In this document: positions 25,401 to 38,112 of the stretch, piece after piece
Layout of the letters: each line of letters opens with the position of its first letter
Position numbering within the stretch: position 1 is the first letter of the stretch
Source: Octopus sinensis
Lineage: Eukaryota
Assembly (NCBI RefSeq): GCF_006345805.1
Contig: NC_043009.1
Coordinates: 22,506,001 to 22,570,000 of the forward strand
Direction: 5' to 3'
Length of the DNA stretch: 64,000 nucleotides
Program-made: the position numbers and the translations under genes
The notes under the pieces: model-generated
The model's database searches: none
What the model saw: the letters and a program-made list of their open reading frames with translations, nothing else
What the model was told of the DNA's origin: nothing

Positions 25401-25766
25401 AGGGGATCCGACAGTTAGGTATCAATTCGTTCGACTAAACACTTCGCTGTGGTACCCCAGCAATGACCGTAGTTCAGTGAGTGAAACAATCAAAAAGAAA
25501 ACGATTAGCACGGGCTTTTAATGAAATGGCATGAAAATGTGAGAGCAAAGTTAAAATATGGGAAGAGTTGAAGAATGAAACGTCATCAATTATAAGGAGA
25601 GTTAAAGGCTGTATTAACTTAGTATATGCAAACTAGAAGGAACTGGAGAAGTATCATCACTAAAATGGAGTGCAATTCTTCAAAACACCATGGCTACATA
25701 AACCGAAGCTCTATGGGCCATTCTAGCATACATGCATACATCTTTCATTTGTTTCAGTATTTAAAC

Positions 25767-25915
25767 CAGCGTTTTCAAGCGGGGTTCCATCAGAAAGAGT
25801 GAGATGAACTAATGCTAATTTCGCGATCGTAATATTACTATACATTCACAACATATTATTGGTTGTTGTAATATAGACATCATCCTATCTAACCTATTAT
25901 CAAAAAATATAACAA

Positions 25916-25976
<61 letters not shown>

Positions 25977-26290
25977 TAATCCAAACAAGAAAACAAAAAC
26001 GCAAGGATGTGGAACAAATAAAATATTATTGGACGCTCAGTAAAGAAGAGAAGAAGGAGGGTTTGACGTTTCGAGCGGAGCTCTTCGTCGGAAACATAGG
26101 AGAAAGAAACATCCCGAGATGGGAAGGACAGATATATATATATATATATATATATATATTCCACGTGAGCTACGATGAAAACAATACGATATAGATATAG
26201 TATATAATTTTCTTTTTTTGTGCAGGGGTTCCTTGAGACTTGTAATTTATTTTAAGGGTTACGCAAGGGTAAAAAGGCTAAGAAACACTG
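25767..26290 (+). mobile_element. hAT/Charlie-like MITE interrupted by (TA)n and a Penelope-like insert
   Basis: Starts cagcgttttcaagcggggttcc and ends ggctaagaaacactg; related copies at ~39447-39680, 42259-42400 and 48617-49065. Confidence 0.65.
26061..26095 (-). ncRNA. Minimal type I hammerhead ribozyme motif in a Penelope-like fragment
   Basis: Minus strand GTTT CCGACGA A GAGC TCC GCTC GAAACGTC AAAC: perfect 4-bp stem I, stem II, GAAA, GUC triplet; core identical to the 15976 copy. Confidence 0.75.
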
Positions 26291-26294
26291 CATT

Positions 26295-26650
26295 AGACTG
26301 TGGCCATACCTGGTGCACCGCCTTCAAGAATTTCAGTCGAATGAATCTATCCTAGAATTTCATTTTCTTCTTAAAGCCTGGTACCTATTCTAACGGCCTA
26401 TTTTGTTGAACTGCTAGGTTACAACACCGGTTGTCAAGCGGTGGAGGGGGACAAAGAGACATAAAGACTTAGACATACACACACACACACAACAGACTTC
26501 TTTCAGTTTTCCTCTACCAAATCCACTCACAAGGGTTTGGTAGGCCCGAGATTATAGAAGACATTTGCCCAAGGTGTCACACAGTGGGACCGAGCTCGGA
26601 ACCATGTGGTTGGGAAGTAAAATTCTTGTCACACAGCCACGCCTGTGCCT
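26295..26650 (-). mobile_element. Family A SINE
   Basis: Reverse-complement head and tail motifs. Confidence 0.85.
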
Positions 26651-27025
26651 AGCAAATATACATATATAGTTTAGAATTTTGTCACAAGGCCAGCAATTTC
26701 GCGGGGGTCGTTCGATGACAGTGTCACCAATATTTGATTGGTACTTTCTTGTTTTATTGAACCCCGCACTTGAAAAGGGTGAAAAGCATAGTTGACTTTG
26801 GCGGGAAATACATGCTCGCATTCACGCACAAACTCATACGCGCGCATCTGAAATGTGTCGTCAATGTACATTGCACATCAACAGGAACATGTTCAGAGAG
26901 ACGAGAAGGCGGAGAAGGACCTAAACAAAATATAAAATAACTCTCCCCTAACCAAGACCTACAAGGTGGATTGACTCATATTCCTTGCGTGGGATCATGT
27001 TTTTATCTAGATCGTATTTACTTAC

Positions 27026-27059
27026 CGATAGCTCGATGGACGTATAGCCCTTGCTCCAT
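27026..27059 (-). CDS. Candidate coding first exon (MEQGLYVHRAI.., phase 1)
   Basis: Minus strand aaagtATGGAGCAAGGGCTATACGTCCATCGAGCTATCG|GTAAGTAA: strong Kozak (A-3, G+4), donor at 27025, unique flanks. Confidence 0.35.
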
Positions 27060-28002
27060 ACTTTAAACCATCGTGTGTTTTTTAACCATTTACCACTTTT
27101 GCTGTTGCCTGCTCCTGTGTACACGTCTCAAACACTTTCTTCCTTACTTTCTCTCTTTCTCTCTCGCCTCCCCTTCACCACAAGTTTATCTTGCAAATTT
27201 AACAAATGTGATGAAATAAATGAAATTGGGACAAATCTACTTCGAAGGCAGGTGCGTGTGTGGGGAGTAGGAAAAAATACTCGAATACATACACACACAC
27301 GCATACAGGTACATACATGATGAAAACACATTCTCATTCACATATATATAGACTATATATATACATACACACTCATATACATACAAACATATATATACAC
27401 ATATATACACACATTCACACACACACAAACATATACACGCATACATTCACACACACAGATATAGCCAGAGGGGTTTCGTCTTATCATGTAACACATTACG
27501 TTGTATTATCTACTTGTGTTTTTCTCTTTTTTTTCATGCTTCGTTTTGTCCTTCAATCTCAAGGAATTACTAAATTGAAAGAACGCTTTTATATATTTAA
27601 TCTCTAACAATTCTTTAGTCATTAAATAGTTTAAACCTTAAACCCCGAATGGACACCTCCTACTTTCGTTGAAAGCGCGCTTTTATTTCTTTTTTCGCTT
27701 ACTTAAATGTCGAATGATTATTTGACTCGGATATTTGAAATACTACAAATTTTCTCAGGAAAACCTTAAAAAAAAAAAATTGAATTTCCAAACAAGCTAC
27801 TTAATTTTAATATATTTGGTGGCTGGATCTCCATCGTTCAACAAATAAGGTTTCAGCTGTTTGAACGACTAAATTTCCTTATCGCTTCCTGTTATCTTCA
27901 CCTGCACCCTAGCAGAATGCACCCTAACATGGGATAGCTGCTGCCACAGAATGAATGAATTTATGATGATTGGATATACCTCGCTATTACTTTCATCAAG
28001 AC

Positions 28003-28880
28003 GGCAAGCTGGCAAAGCTGTTAGCACGCCGGGCGAAATGCTTAGCGGTATTTCGTCTGCCGTTATGTTCTGAGTTCAAATTCCGCCGAGGTCGACTTTG
28101 CCTTTCATCCTTTCGGGGTCGATAAATTAAGTACCAGTTACGCAATGGAGTTGATGTAATCGACTTACTACCTATGTCTGTCCTTGTTTATCCTTTCTGT
28201 GTTTAGCCCCTTGTGGGTAATAAAGAAATAGGTATTTCGTCTGCCGTTACGTTCTGAGTTCAAATTCCGCCGAGGTTGACTTTACCGTTCATCCTTTTGG
28301 GGTCGATAAATTAAGTACCAGTTACCCACTGGAGTCGATGTAATCGACTTAATCCGTCTGTCTGTCCTCGTTTGTCTCCTCTGGGTTTAGCCCCTTGTGG
28401 GTAGTAAAGAAATAGGTATTTCGTCTGCCATTACGTTCTGAGTTCAAATTCCGCCGAAGTCGACTTTGCCCTTCATCCTTTCGGGGTCGATAAATTAAGT
28501 ACCAGTTGAGTACTGGGGTCGATGTAATCGACTCTTCCCTTCCCCAAAATTTCAGACCTTGTGCCTATGGTAGAAAGGTATTTCGCCTGTCGCTACGTTC
28601 TGAGTTCAAATTCCGCCGAGGTCGACTTTGCTTTCATCCTTTCGGGGACGATAAATTAAGTACCAGTTGAGTACTGGGGATCGATGTAATCGACTATCCT
28701 CTTCCCCAAAATTTCAGGCCTTGTGCCTATGATAGAAAGGTACTTCGTCTGTCGCTAAGTTCGAAGTTCAAATTCCGCCGAGGTCGATTTTTGCCTTTCA
28801 TCCTTTCGGGGTCGATAAATTTAGTACTTGTGAAATTTTGGGGTCCATGTAATCGACTAGTCCCCATAACAGAAAGGATC
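28003..28880 (+). mobile_element. Head-to-tail pentamer of family B SINE
   Basis: One complete head, then units restarting at ggtatttcg at 28231, 28415, 28577 and 28739 (about 184, 184, 162, 162 bp); two tail types. Confidence 0.92.
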
Positions 28881-29184
28881 ATTAGTTTCATCAACCATAC
28901 TCTTCCGTGCTGGCTTAGGGGGCATGCTGGAAGAGGGTATTCATTTTGAAATTTTCCTTTCTCTTAGGTTGGTTGCTTTCAATATAGCTAAGAGGCTCGG
29001 TCTACCCTTACAAAAATTCATTTAACTCTTAAATGGGACCTGGGCAGGTTTAACTGTTCCGGGTCAGCACGGACCTGGGAGTAAATGGTAATTAAAGGGT
29101 GACTTCACGCTCCTCCACAACACCAGAACTCACCACTGGATGCAGTTTAATATCATAGCCAGGATAACTGGGTAAGACGTAACA

Positions 29185-30360
29185 GGCATGGCTGTGGAGT
29201 AAGTTTCCTACCCAAGCATATGGTTTCGGGATCAGTCCCATTGCGTGGCACGTTGGGCGAGTGCCTTCCAATATAACCTCGGTCCGACCAAAGATATGTG
29301 AATGGATTTGGTAGAAACTGAAAGAAGCTTATCGTATATATATATATCTGTGTTTTTCCCCACCACCACTTCACAACCAGTGCTGGTGTGTTTACATCCC
29401 TGTAACTTAGCGGTTCGGCACCAGGAACCGATAAAATAAGTACCAGATTAAAAAAAAAGTACTTGGGTCGATTCGTTCGACTGAAATTCTTCAGGGCGGT
29501 GCCCCAGCATGGCCCCAGTCTAATCATTGAAACAAGTAAAAGATAAAAGGTAACTAAATTACCTGTTCCTAAATTAACATTTAAGTGGCTGAGTAGTCCG
29601 CAGACACGTATATCATTTGTGACTTTTCAGCCAGACTCAGTGTGACACAGTGTTTGCGACAGAGTCAGTGCGGCTTTTGGACAAGCTTCAATACAGTTTC
29701 CAATACCCGTTTTCTTTTACAAAGAATGGACCAACCCGAGGCTATAGAAAATAATATCTGTCCAAGATGCCAAGCAGATGGATCGAACCTGAGATTCTTG
29801 TGGTTGCAAAGCAAATATCTTAATCATTCGGCCATACATTTGCGCCTACACTCAATATATCTTACACCTTATACCAAACTTGTTTTAGCCACAGATCTAG
29901 GGCCATATGGAGCCACCACATTGCAGTGTTTCAGTCAATCCTATCGAGTCCAGTACTTGTGTTGAAATCTGGCAACTATTTTATCATTGCACTGCTAGGT
30001 TACAGAATATAGACGTGGCTGTATGGTAAGAAGCTAGCTTCCTAACTACATAGTTCCAGGTTCATTCCCGCTGGCCGACCAACGCCTTGTGAGTGGATTT
30101 GGTAGATGGAAACTGAAAGAAGTCCGCTGCATATATATATGTGTGTGTGTCTTTGTGTTTGTACCCCCATCACCGTTTGACAGCCAGTGTTGGTATGTTT
30201 ACATCCCCGTAACTTAGCAGTTCAGCAAAAGTCAACCGATAGAAAAAGTACCAGGCTTAAAAAATTAGTCCTGGGGTCGATTTGTTACACTAAAGCCATT
30301 CAAGGCGGTGATTCAGCATGGCCGCAGTCAAATGACTGAAACAAGTAAAAGAATAAAAGA
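29185..30360 (+). mobile_element. Two family A SINEs (29185-29550 and 30010-30360)
   Basis: Head and tail motifs in both. Confidence 0.85.
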
Positions 30361-30647
30361 ATTATTTCTCCAAGCAATGTCGACGTAGACACACACATAC
30401 ATATAAAGACACATTCCCACACACAAACACACGCATGTACACACACGTAGACTTTCTTTCGTCGTAACATAGCCTTTGCTATGCTGGCATGATTTGGACA
30501 GAGACTTATTAAGGTGGCATAAAAAGCACGCAGTACATTCTGTATAGCAGCTCGAATTAGAAATAATTGGCGAGTGGACTGCTTTGGTATGGCTTCTATG
30601 TCGCTAGGCCATAGAAATCATGCCGAAGCAGTCTGAGGTTACAGAAT

Positions 30648-31360
30648 CGCTAGCACGCCGGGCGAAATGCGTAGCCTTATTTCGTCTGCCGTTACGTTCT
30701 GAGTTCAAATTCCGCCGAGGTCGACTTTGCCTTTCATCCTTTCGGGGTCAATAAATAAAGTACCAGTCACGCACTGGGGTCGATGTAATCGACTTAATCC
30801 GTTTGTCTGTCCTCTCTGTGTTTAGTAAAGAAATAGGTACTTCGTCTGCCGCTACGTCCTGAGTTCAAATTCCGCCGAGGTCGACTTTGCCTTTCATCCT
30901 TTCGGGGTCGATTAAATAAGTACCAGTTACGCACTGCGGTCGATATAATCGACTTAATCCGTTTGTCTGTCCTTGTTTGTCCTCTCTGTGTTTAGCCCCT
31001 TGTGGGTAGTAAAGAAATAGGTATTTCGCCCGTCCTTACGTTGAGTTCAAATTCCACCGAGGTGGACTTTACCTTTCATCCTTTCGGAGTCGATAAATTA
31101 AGTACCAGTAAAACATTGGAGTCGATGTAATCGACTAGTCCTCTTCCCACAAATATCGGCCCTTGTGGCTAATCAAGAAAGGATTATTATTATTAATGAG
31201 AGGGCATTTTGTCTGTCTTTACGTTTTGAGTTCAGATTCCGCTGAGGTCGACTTAGCCTTTCATCCTTTTGGGGTCGATAAATTAAGTACCAGTGAAGGA
31301 CTGGCGTCGATGTAATCGACTAATCCCCTACCCCAAAATTGCTGGCCTGGCGCCAAAATT
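30648..31360 (+). mobile_element. Head-to-tail tetramer of family B SINE
   Basis: Units restart at ggta(c/t)ttcg at 30836 and 31020; a fourth at ~31203 follows a short (ATT)n. Confidence 0.9.
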
Positions 31361-31370
31361 ATTATTATTA

Positions 31371-32988
31371 TCCTACACATTAAAACTGAAAATGTTTGTG
31401 TGTGTGTGTGTGTCAGTATGTCCTCATTTTGCGCCAAAACAGCTCGACCGATTTTTCTTAAACTTCACACGCACATTGCTTATGTGTCTGGGGGAGGTTT
31501 TAAGTATAAATTAATTTCGAAAAAAGTGTTCGTGTAAACGGCGGGAGGAATAACATTTGGGCGCGGTTGAACGGCGGGCGTAATTATTTTAAGCTTCCAA
31601 AGGAAATAACCCATTCCCTCCTCCGTATATTATTTGGTAAAAATGAAATTGAGTACACTTATTTCTTAGTATTTGAACTAGTTTAGTTATTTTTGCAATT
31701 TATCCAATACAAGGCTTAAACAAGTTAATAGTATTCTCCTAAACAATAGATCCACTTATTTAGGTTAGTGACTTATTCACGAATATACCAACACTAGCGC
31801 TGCTGAGGGTAATATTCTCTGGGAACGCACAAAAGCATTTTTTCACAGTTAATTACTTTAAATTGTTATTATCTCATATCTGATTAGCCTGTTATTACAT
31901 AACATGTTTCACAATTTTATTATACATACCTTATTAGTATTTCCTCCTATGTTCTATATACTCAGGGAACATATTAAAGCCCTTTTCGGGGCTACTTTAT
32001 TTGAATTCTTACTATAAAGTAATTAAATTCATGTTATTACGTAACTGACTTCACAATTAGGATATTCATAACTTACTGGGAATTCTTAAAAACAAGATCC
32101 TTTGTAAGATAGTTCGGTATTCTCAAATACACAAAAACCGTTTTAAGGGCTACATACTTTGTATTGTTGTTACTGGATTAGAGAAACAATTATGAGAATG
32201 GAACCAAGGGATAAGCCCGCTCTCCCGGGAATTACCGGGCACGTCATATGGTATATACGACGCCGTATTTTACAATCCTGTAAATAATAATAATGATATT
32301 TTTATACAAGCTTAAAGCTTATGCCGTTCACCTTGTAATGACTAAGGAAAATAGTCTAATAACGGGGCATATAAGCCCTCGACAGAAAAAAGGCTTTCCC
32401 ATCCGTGTGTAAAGGTAACACACTTAGTCATGTTAACAAAGGGGTGTGGGTTCGCGTCCTACGCGGATGGAAAAGCCTTCTTTTTTCTGTCGAGGGCTTA
32501 TATGCCCCGTTATTAGACTATTTTCCTTAGTCATTGCATGGTGAACGGCATAAGCTTTAAGTTTGTATAAAAATACCATTATTATTATTTATAGGATTGT
32601 AAAATACAGCACCGTATAATTAAGCTATTCGCACCGAAAGCATATATATATATATATAGCCTCAGGCCGACCAAAACCTTGCGAGTGGATTTCATACTCG
32701 GAAACTGAAAGAAGACTGTCGTATATAAGTGTATGTGTGTGCCTGTGTCTTGTGCTTGTACCCCCACCATTGCTTGACAACTAATGTGCTTACATTCCTG
32801 TAACTTAAGCGGTTTGGTAAAAAGACTCTGACAGAATCAGTACTAGGCTTACAAAGAATAAATCCTGTGGTTGATTTCTTTGACCAACAGCGGTGCTCCA
32901 GCATGGCCTCAATCACATGACAGAAACAAGTAAAGTAATAAAAATCTATGCCATTTTAACCCCGAGCAAGGCCGGGTATCTCTGCTAG
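31371..32988 (+). mobile_element. Non-autonomous Helitron (~1.6 kb) carrying an internal hairpin and a nested family A SINE
   Basis: A|TC start (tcctacacattaaaactgaaaatg), subterminal hairpin cccgagcaaggccggg and CTAG|T end; the 3' end is nearly identical to the 10852-11243 element. Confidence 0.7.
32265..32607. repeat. Inverted repeat, ~140-bp arms (32265-32406 / 32464-32607)
   Basis: gtattttacaatcct..cttatgccgttcacc..gactaaggaaaatagtctaataacggggcatataagccctcgacagaaaaaaggc is mirrored on the other arm with few mismatches. Confidence 0.92.
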
Positions 32989-33419
32989 TTATTATCTGTA
33001 TATATGTGTATACATATCCATGCATATAGATACGCACAGCAATACTTTGTTTGCCATGTTGTGATTCAAAGAAGTACAGCGAGAACGACTGAAAATACTG
33101 ATAGTCAATAGCGATGGGGGAACCACTACAATTCATAAAGACAGGCTATCAGTAAGCCGAAAGGTGAATGAACAATTTTAGTCAATGATTGCGAGAGAAA
33201 ATGACAGCGGACACAGCACATAATTGCTACATATTGGGTGGGTGAAAGTTTCCGAAACAATTAGATAGGATCTCAAATGAAAGTGTGGTGTGAAGTATCT
33301 CAGCTGAGTGGGAAAAGTTAATGAGGAGTGAAGATCGTTATCATTTTTGTATGGTTTTGCATACAATTAAAAGTGACAACCAGTCAAGTTGTTTATGTAC
33401 AGAAAGGCAAGATCGACAG

Positions 33420-33456
<37 letters not shown>

Positions 33457-33739
33457 ATCTTCATTCGTCTAAAATCAAACTTCGTATCTTCGCGGTGCAC
33501 CCGCCCTGCCCACCACCAATACCGGATATCTCTATATTTTGTTCCATCTATACCGGATGTCGCTTCTCCCACCACCATTATAGGTGTCTACTCTTCGAAC
33601 CCCCCTCTTCAATACGCTATTTCACCATGCATTACCCCTCTCTCGATATCCTACGTTCTACTTGCCTAGAACCTGTCATCATTTCTCTGAACCACCCCTC
33701 CCCACTGGTGCTGCCCTATATTTCTGCACCCCCCCCCAC

Positions 33740-33990
33740 ATAAAAAGCACCATCCGAACGTGGCCGATGCCAGACCCCTCTGGCACCTGTGCAGGTGGCA
33801 CGTAAAAAACACCCACTACACTCGCGGAGTGGTTGGCGTTAGGAAGGGCATCCAGCTGTAGAAACACTGCCAGACTAGACTGGAGCCTGGGGCAGTCCCG
33901 AGCTCCCCAGACCCCGGTCGAAACCGTCCAACCCGTGCTAGCGCGGAAAACGGACGTTAAACGATGATGATGATGATGATGATGATGATA
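33740..33990 (+). mobile_element. (GAT)n-tailed retroposon
   Basis: gagtggttggcgttaggaagggcatccagctgtagaaac..gcggaaaacggacgttaaacgatgatgatg. Confidence 0.85.
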
Positions 33991-33998
33991 TATATATA

Positions 33999-34029
<31 letters not shown>

Positions 34030-34462
34030 CCTAAGCCATGGGGTATATATACTTCATGGTTGTATAGATATGGGTTAGAATAGAAGCCTCTCACCAACTT
34101 TGTTTCTTTATAACTTTCTGAAAATTGCACATATTTTACTAGTGTTTTCCAGAAGGCGCTGGCGTGGCTCTGTGGTAAGAAGCTTGCTCTTCAACCACAT
34201 GGTTCTGGATTCAGTTCCACTGTGTGGCACCTTGAACAAGTGTCTTCTACTATAGCACTGGGCCGACCAAAGCCTTGTGAGTGGATTCAGTAGACGGAAA
34301 CTGAAAGAAGCCCGTCAAGTATATATATATATAAAAAAATATATATATGTAGTAAAAGCAATTAAGATTCAAGTGAGTTCTATTGAATTCACATGAATGC
34401 GGTACTTAACTTAGATGCACCAGAAATCTATATGGTATTAACCATAAAATAATGTGGGGTGA

Positions 34463-35052
34463 CAAGAAAAAAGCAACAAGAATGGATTAGTTTTTCAGTA
34501 CAATTGTTTCATACGAAGAACAGCTTTATTAAAAGCTGCAAATATTGCGGGCGGTTTTTCAATGCTCCACATAATTCCTTCAGCCATTATAATTCTAACA
34601 TAGCAGTTTTGTGAATTGAACAGAAGTGTGACAAGTATCTTATCATATATCAGGAAATTATACCCACCTTATTATGGATTAATCATGGATGGATTCATCG
34701 TCTGTGAGTATGAAATATCTCCTCATATCGCCGGTAATTGCACCTACATTATGGATGGATTTACCTTTTCTGTGAAGCTAACAAGCTTTTTTAAAGCTTG
34801 TTATAAGACTGTGGATCATTAGAGAACTTTGGAAGTCTGCTTACAATCTAAATTTGCTTTTTATAGAACTATCTTCGATACTTCATAACTGTAGCCTCAC
34901 CCCCCTAGGATGCTTGGAGAACTCATATGTGTTTTGGCTGATGAGTACGGGACACTTGTATTTGCTGCAATATTTGCAGCTTTTAATAAAGCTGTTCTTC
35001 GTATGAAGCAATTGTACTGAAAAACTAATCCATTCTTGTTGCTTTTTTCTTG
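34463..35052. repeat. Inverted repeat, 86-bp arms (34463-34548 / 34967-35052)
   Basis: caagaaaaaagcaacaagaatggattagtttttcagtacaattg..aaagctgcaaatattgc and its reverse complement; the right arm abuts (TA)n at 35053. Confidence 0.92.
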
Positions 35053-35140
<88 letters not shown>

Positions 35141-36409
35141 GATATCTATGTGTGTGTCTTTGTGTCAGTGTTTACCACCGCTTGACAACAGGTACTGGTG
35201 GGTTTATGTCTCCGTACCTTAGCGGTTCAGCAAAAGAGACCGATAGAACAAGTAACAGGTTGAAAAACAGTAAGTCCTGGGGTCGATTCATTCGACTAAA
35301 ACCCTTTAAGGCTGTGCCCCAGCATGGCCACAGTCAAATGACTGAAACAAACGGTAGACGTTAAATACATTTTAGATGGCGTACGTAAGGGTCATATCAG
35401 AATTTATTATAAAAAAAAGTTTCAGAATTCCCACGCCATGGTTTGTTTCCCCACAACTTTCCGAAAACTGGATAATTTTTAATAAGATTTAATACAAATA
35501 CATTTCAGATGGTGTCGATTGCGATTATGTCAGAATCTGATGTGATTAAAATAAAGAAAAAAAATGGGGTTGGGTTGGGTTAAATCACTCAGCTTGACTT
35601 TTGTTTCCGCATACGTTTTGACGAGGTAGGTGAATTATCCGCCCCTCTCACCCAATGTTTTTGCCCCTTCAAATTCTGATACAACATCTGTAGATTATGT
35701 TAGTGTATGATCCTAACCATTAAGTGCGTGGCCTAGTGGTTAGGGTATTACACTCACGATCGCCAGATGGTGGGTTCGATTTCTTGACTGGGTGGTGTCT
35801 TAGGCAAAATAATTAATTTCACATTGCTCTAGTGTTGTATGTTGTAAATAGCGACTTAAAAGAAGTTGAGATAAGATTTGCACTCCGATCTTTTAAAACC
35901 CTCGACTCAACAGCAACGACCCAAAACAGACCCATGGGTTGGACGGTTGTCACCTGAGTGGTGCAAAGATGTCATCTGCCAGGCATAGGATATCACCAAC
36001 AAATGGTGGATGCAGCGATGCGCTGCTACACTGCATGCCCACACTACTACCACTACCACTACTACTACTACTACTACTACTAATAATAATAATAATAATA
36101 AATAATGCAGTATCCGAAACGTATTTGTTGAAAATTTTATTTTTTAATATCCAAGTTTCAAACAGTTATGAGGATGCAAAATCGGTGGGGTATACATCTG
36201 TAACGTCAGCAGGTTCAAGTTGTGATTGTGCTTCTGGTCATTAAATCAAGACTTGAGACATAGAAGTGGAAGGAGGACGCTATGAAAGAGGTTGTTGTGG
36301 AGTGGGACAATGTGAAGCAAGTTCGTCATGATTAGACAGTGGATCGGATGATCAGATGGGAAAATGAACTGAGATGAAAGGGTTTAGTAACAAGAATTTA
36401 ATAATAATC

Positions 36410-36915
36410 CTTTCTACTAAATGCAAAAGACTTGAAATTTTGGAGATTACATCAACCTCAGTGTTTCACTGGTACTTAATTTATTGATACTAAAAAGAAA
36501 GAATGACAAAGTCGACCTTGACGGAATTTGAACTCGGAACGAAAAGACAGATGAAATGCCACTAAGCATTTGGCACAATGTGCTAACAATCCTGCCAGCT
36601 CACTGCCTTAATAATTTCAAATTTTGGCACAAGGCCAGCAGTTTTTTAAGGGTAAGTTGATAACATCAACTAACTACAGGACTCAACTGGGACTAATTGT
36701 ATTGACCCAGAAAGGATATAAGGCAAAGTCAATTTCGGCAGCATTTGAACAACGTTAAGGCGGACAAAATGCCACTTAGCATTTTGACTAGCATGCTAAT
36801 GGTTCTACCAGCTCACTGCCTTATAATGATAATAATAATAATAATAATAATCCTTTCTACTATAGGCACAAGGCCTGAAATTTTTGAGGAGGGAACTAGT
36901 TGATTTTATCAACCC
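36410..36915 (-). mobile_element. Array of diverged family B SINEs
   Basis: Two or more copies of ggtacttaatttattga..aaagtcgacc..tttgaac..ctgccagctcactgcc. Confidence 0.8.
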
Positions 36916-37271
36916 CAGTGTTTCAATAGTACTTAATAATAAGACGTTTGTGCTCAGTGAGCACAAACCTCCACCAAGGCAACACCAATGTCCTCTCAAT
37001 GATTAGCCAGAGATGATTTTTAAAATGAGAATATCTGAAATAAACTCGACTGCTCTCACAAATGAGAATACTAAAAATGAAACGAACCATTCTCAGAAAT
37101 TAAATAAAAGAAAAAAACCAAAAATAATTTGGTACTGGATCAATCCCCAAATCTAATCAGTTCATGCTAGTCATGTGGTTCTTGAGATATCTTGTCCATG
37201 GACAAACAAACAAACAAACAAACAAACAAATATGACTGAAAACAATACCTCCACCTTTGCTAAGGTTGAGG

Positions 37272-37323
<52 letters not shown>

Positions 37324-37516
37324 TAGCCTTTCTATTTTAGGCACAAGGCTTGAAATTACATCAACCCCAGTGTTTCACTGGTACTTAATTTATTGACCCT
37401 GAAAGGATGAAAGGCAAAGTCAACCTCAAGCAGAATTTGAACTTGAACATAGTGGCAGATGAAATACTGCTAAGCATTTCACCCAGCATGTTAACAATTC
37501 TGCAAGCTCGCTGCCT

Positions 37517-37548
<32 letters not shown>

Positions 37549-37714
37549 CAAATGGATTTATTTTGTTCACTTCAATGCTTGTAAAATGTTTTACATGGCC
37601 AAATTTAGAACAGTTTAAAAAAAAAATTAGATAAAGGAACAGACCCAGAAACCCCTAAGGACTGCTACATTTTCGCTTTTATTATTATTATTCTCTTTTT
37701 TTCTCTCTTTTTCT

Positions 37715-38112
37715 CTTTTACTTGTTTCAGTCATTTGACTGCGGCCATGCTGGAGCACCGCCTTTAATCGAGCAACTCGACCCCGGGACTTATTCTTTGT
37801 AAGCCCAGTACTTATTCTATCGGTCTCTTTTTTGCTGAACCGCTAAGTAACGGAGACGTAAACACACCAGCATCGGTTGTCAAGCAATGCTAGGGGAACA
37901 AACACAGACACACAAACAAACACATATATATATATATATATACATATATACGACAGGCTTCTTTCAGATTCCGTCTACCAAATCCACTCACAAGGCATTG
38001 GTCGGCCCGGGGCTATAGCAGAAGACACTTGCCCAAGATGCCACGCAGTGGGCCTGAACCCGGAACCATGTGGTTGGTTAGCAAGCTACTTACCACACAG
38101 CCACTCCTGCGC
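37715..38112 (-). mobile_element. Family A SINE, full length, low divergence
   Basis: Complete consensus-like copy. Confidence 0.92.

Noticed and set aside
28003-31360. Regularly spaced repeats resembling a CRISPR array
   Set aside because: Units are 160-185-bp SINE bodies with no unique spacers and no cas genes, in eukaryotic DNA.
32487-32510. CTGTCGA-GGGC-TTATAT-GCCC resembling a fourth hammerhead
   Set aside because: Stem II is followed by CGTT, not GAAA, so the catalytic core is incomplete.
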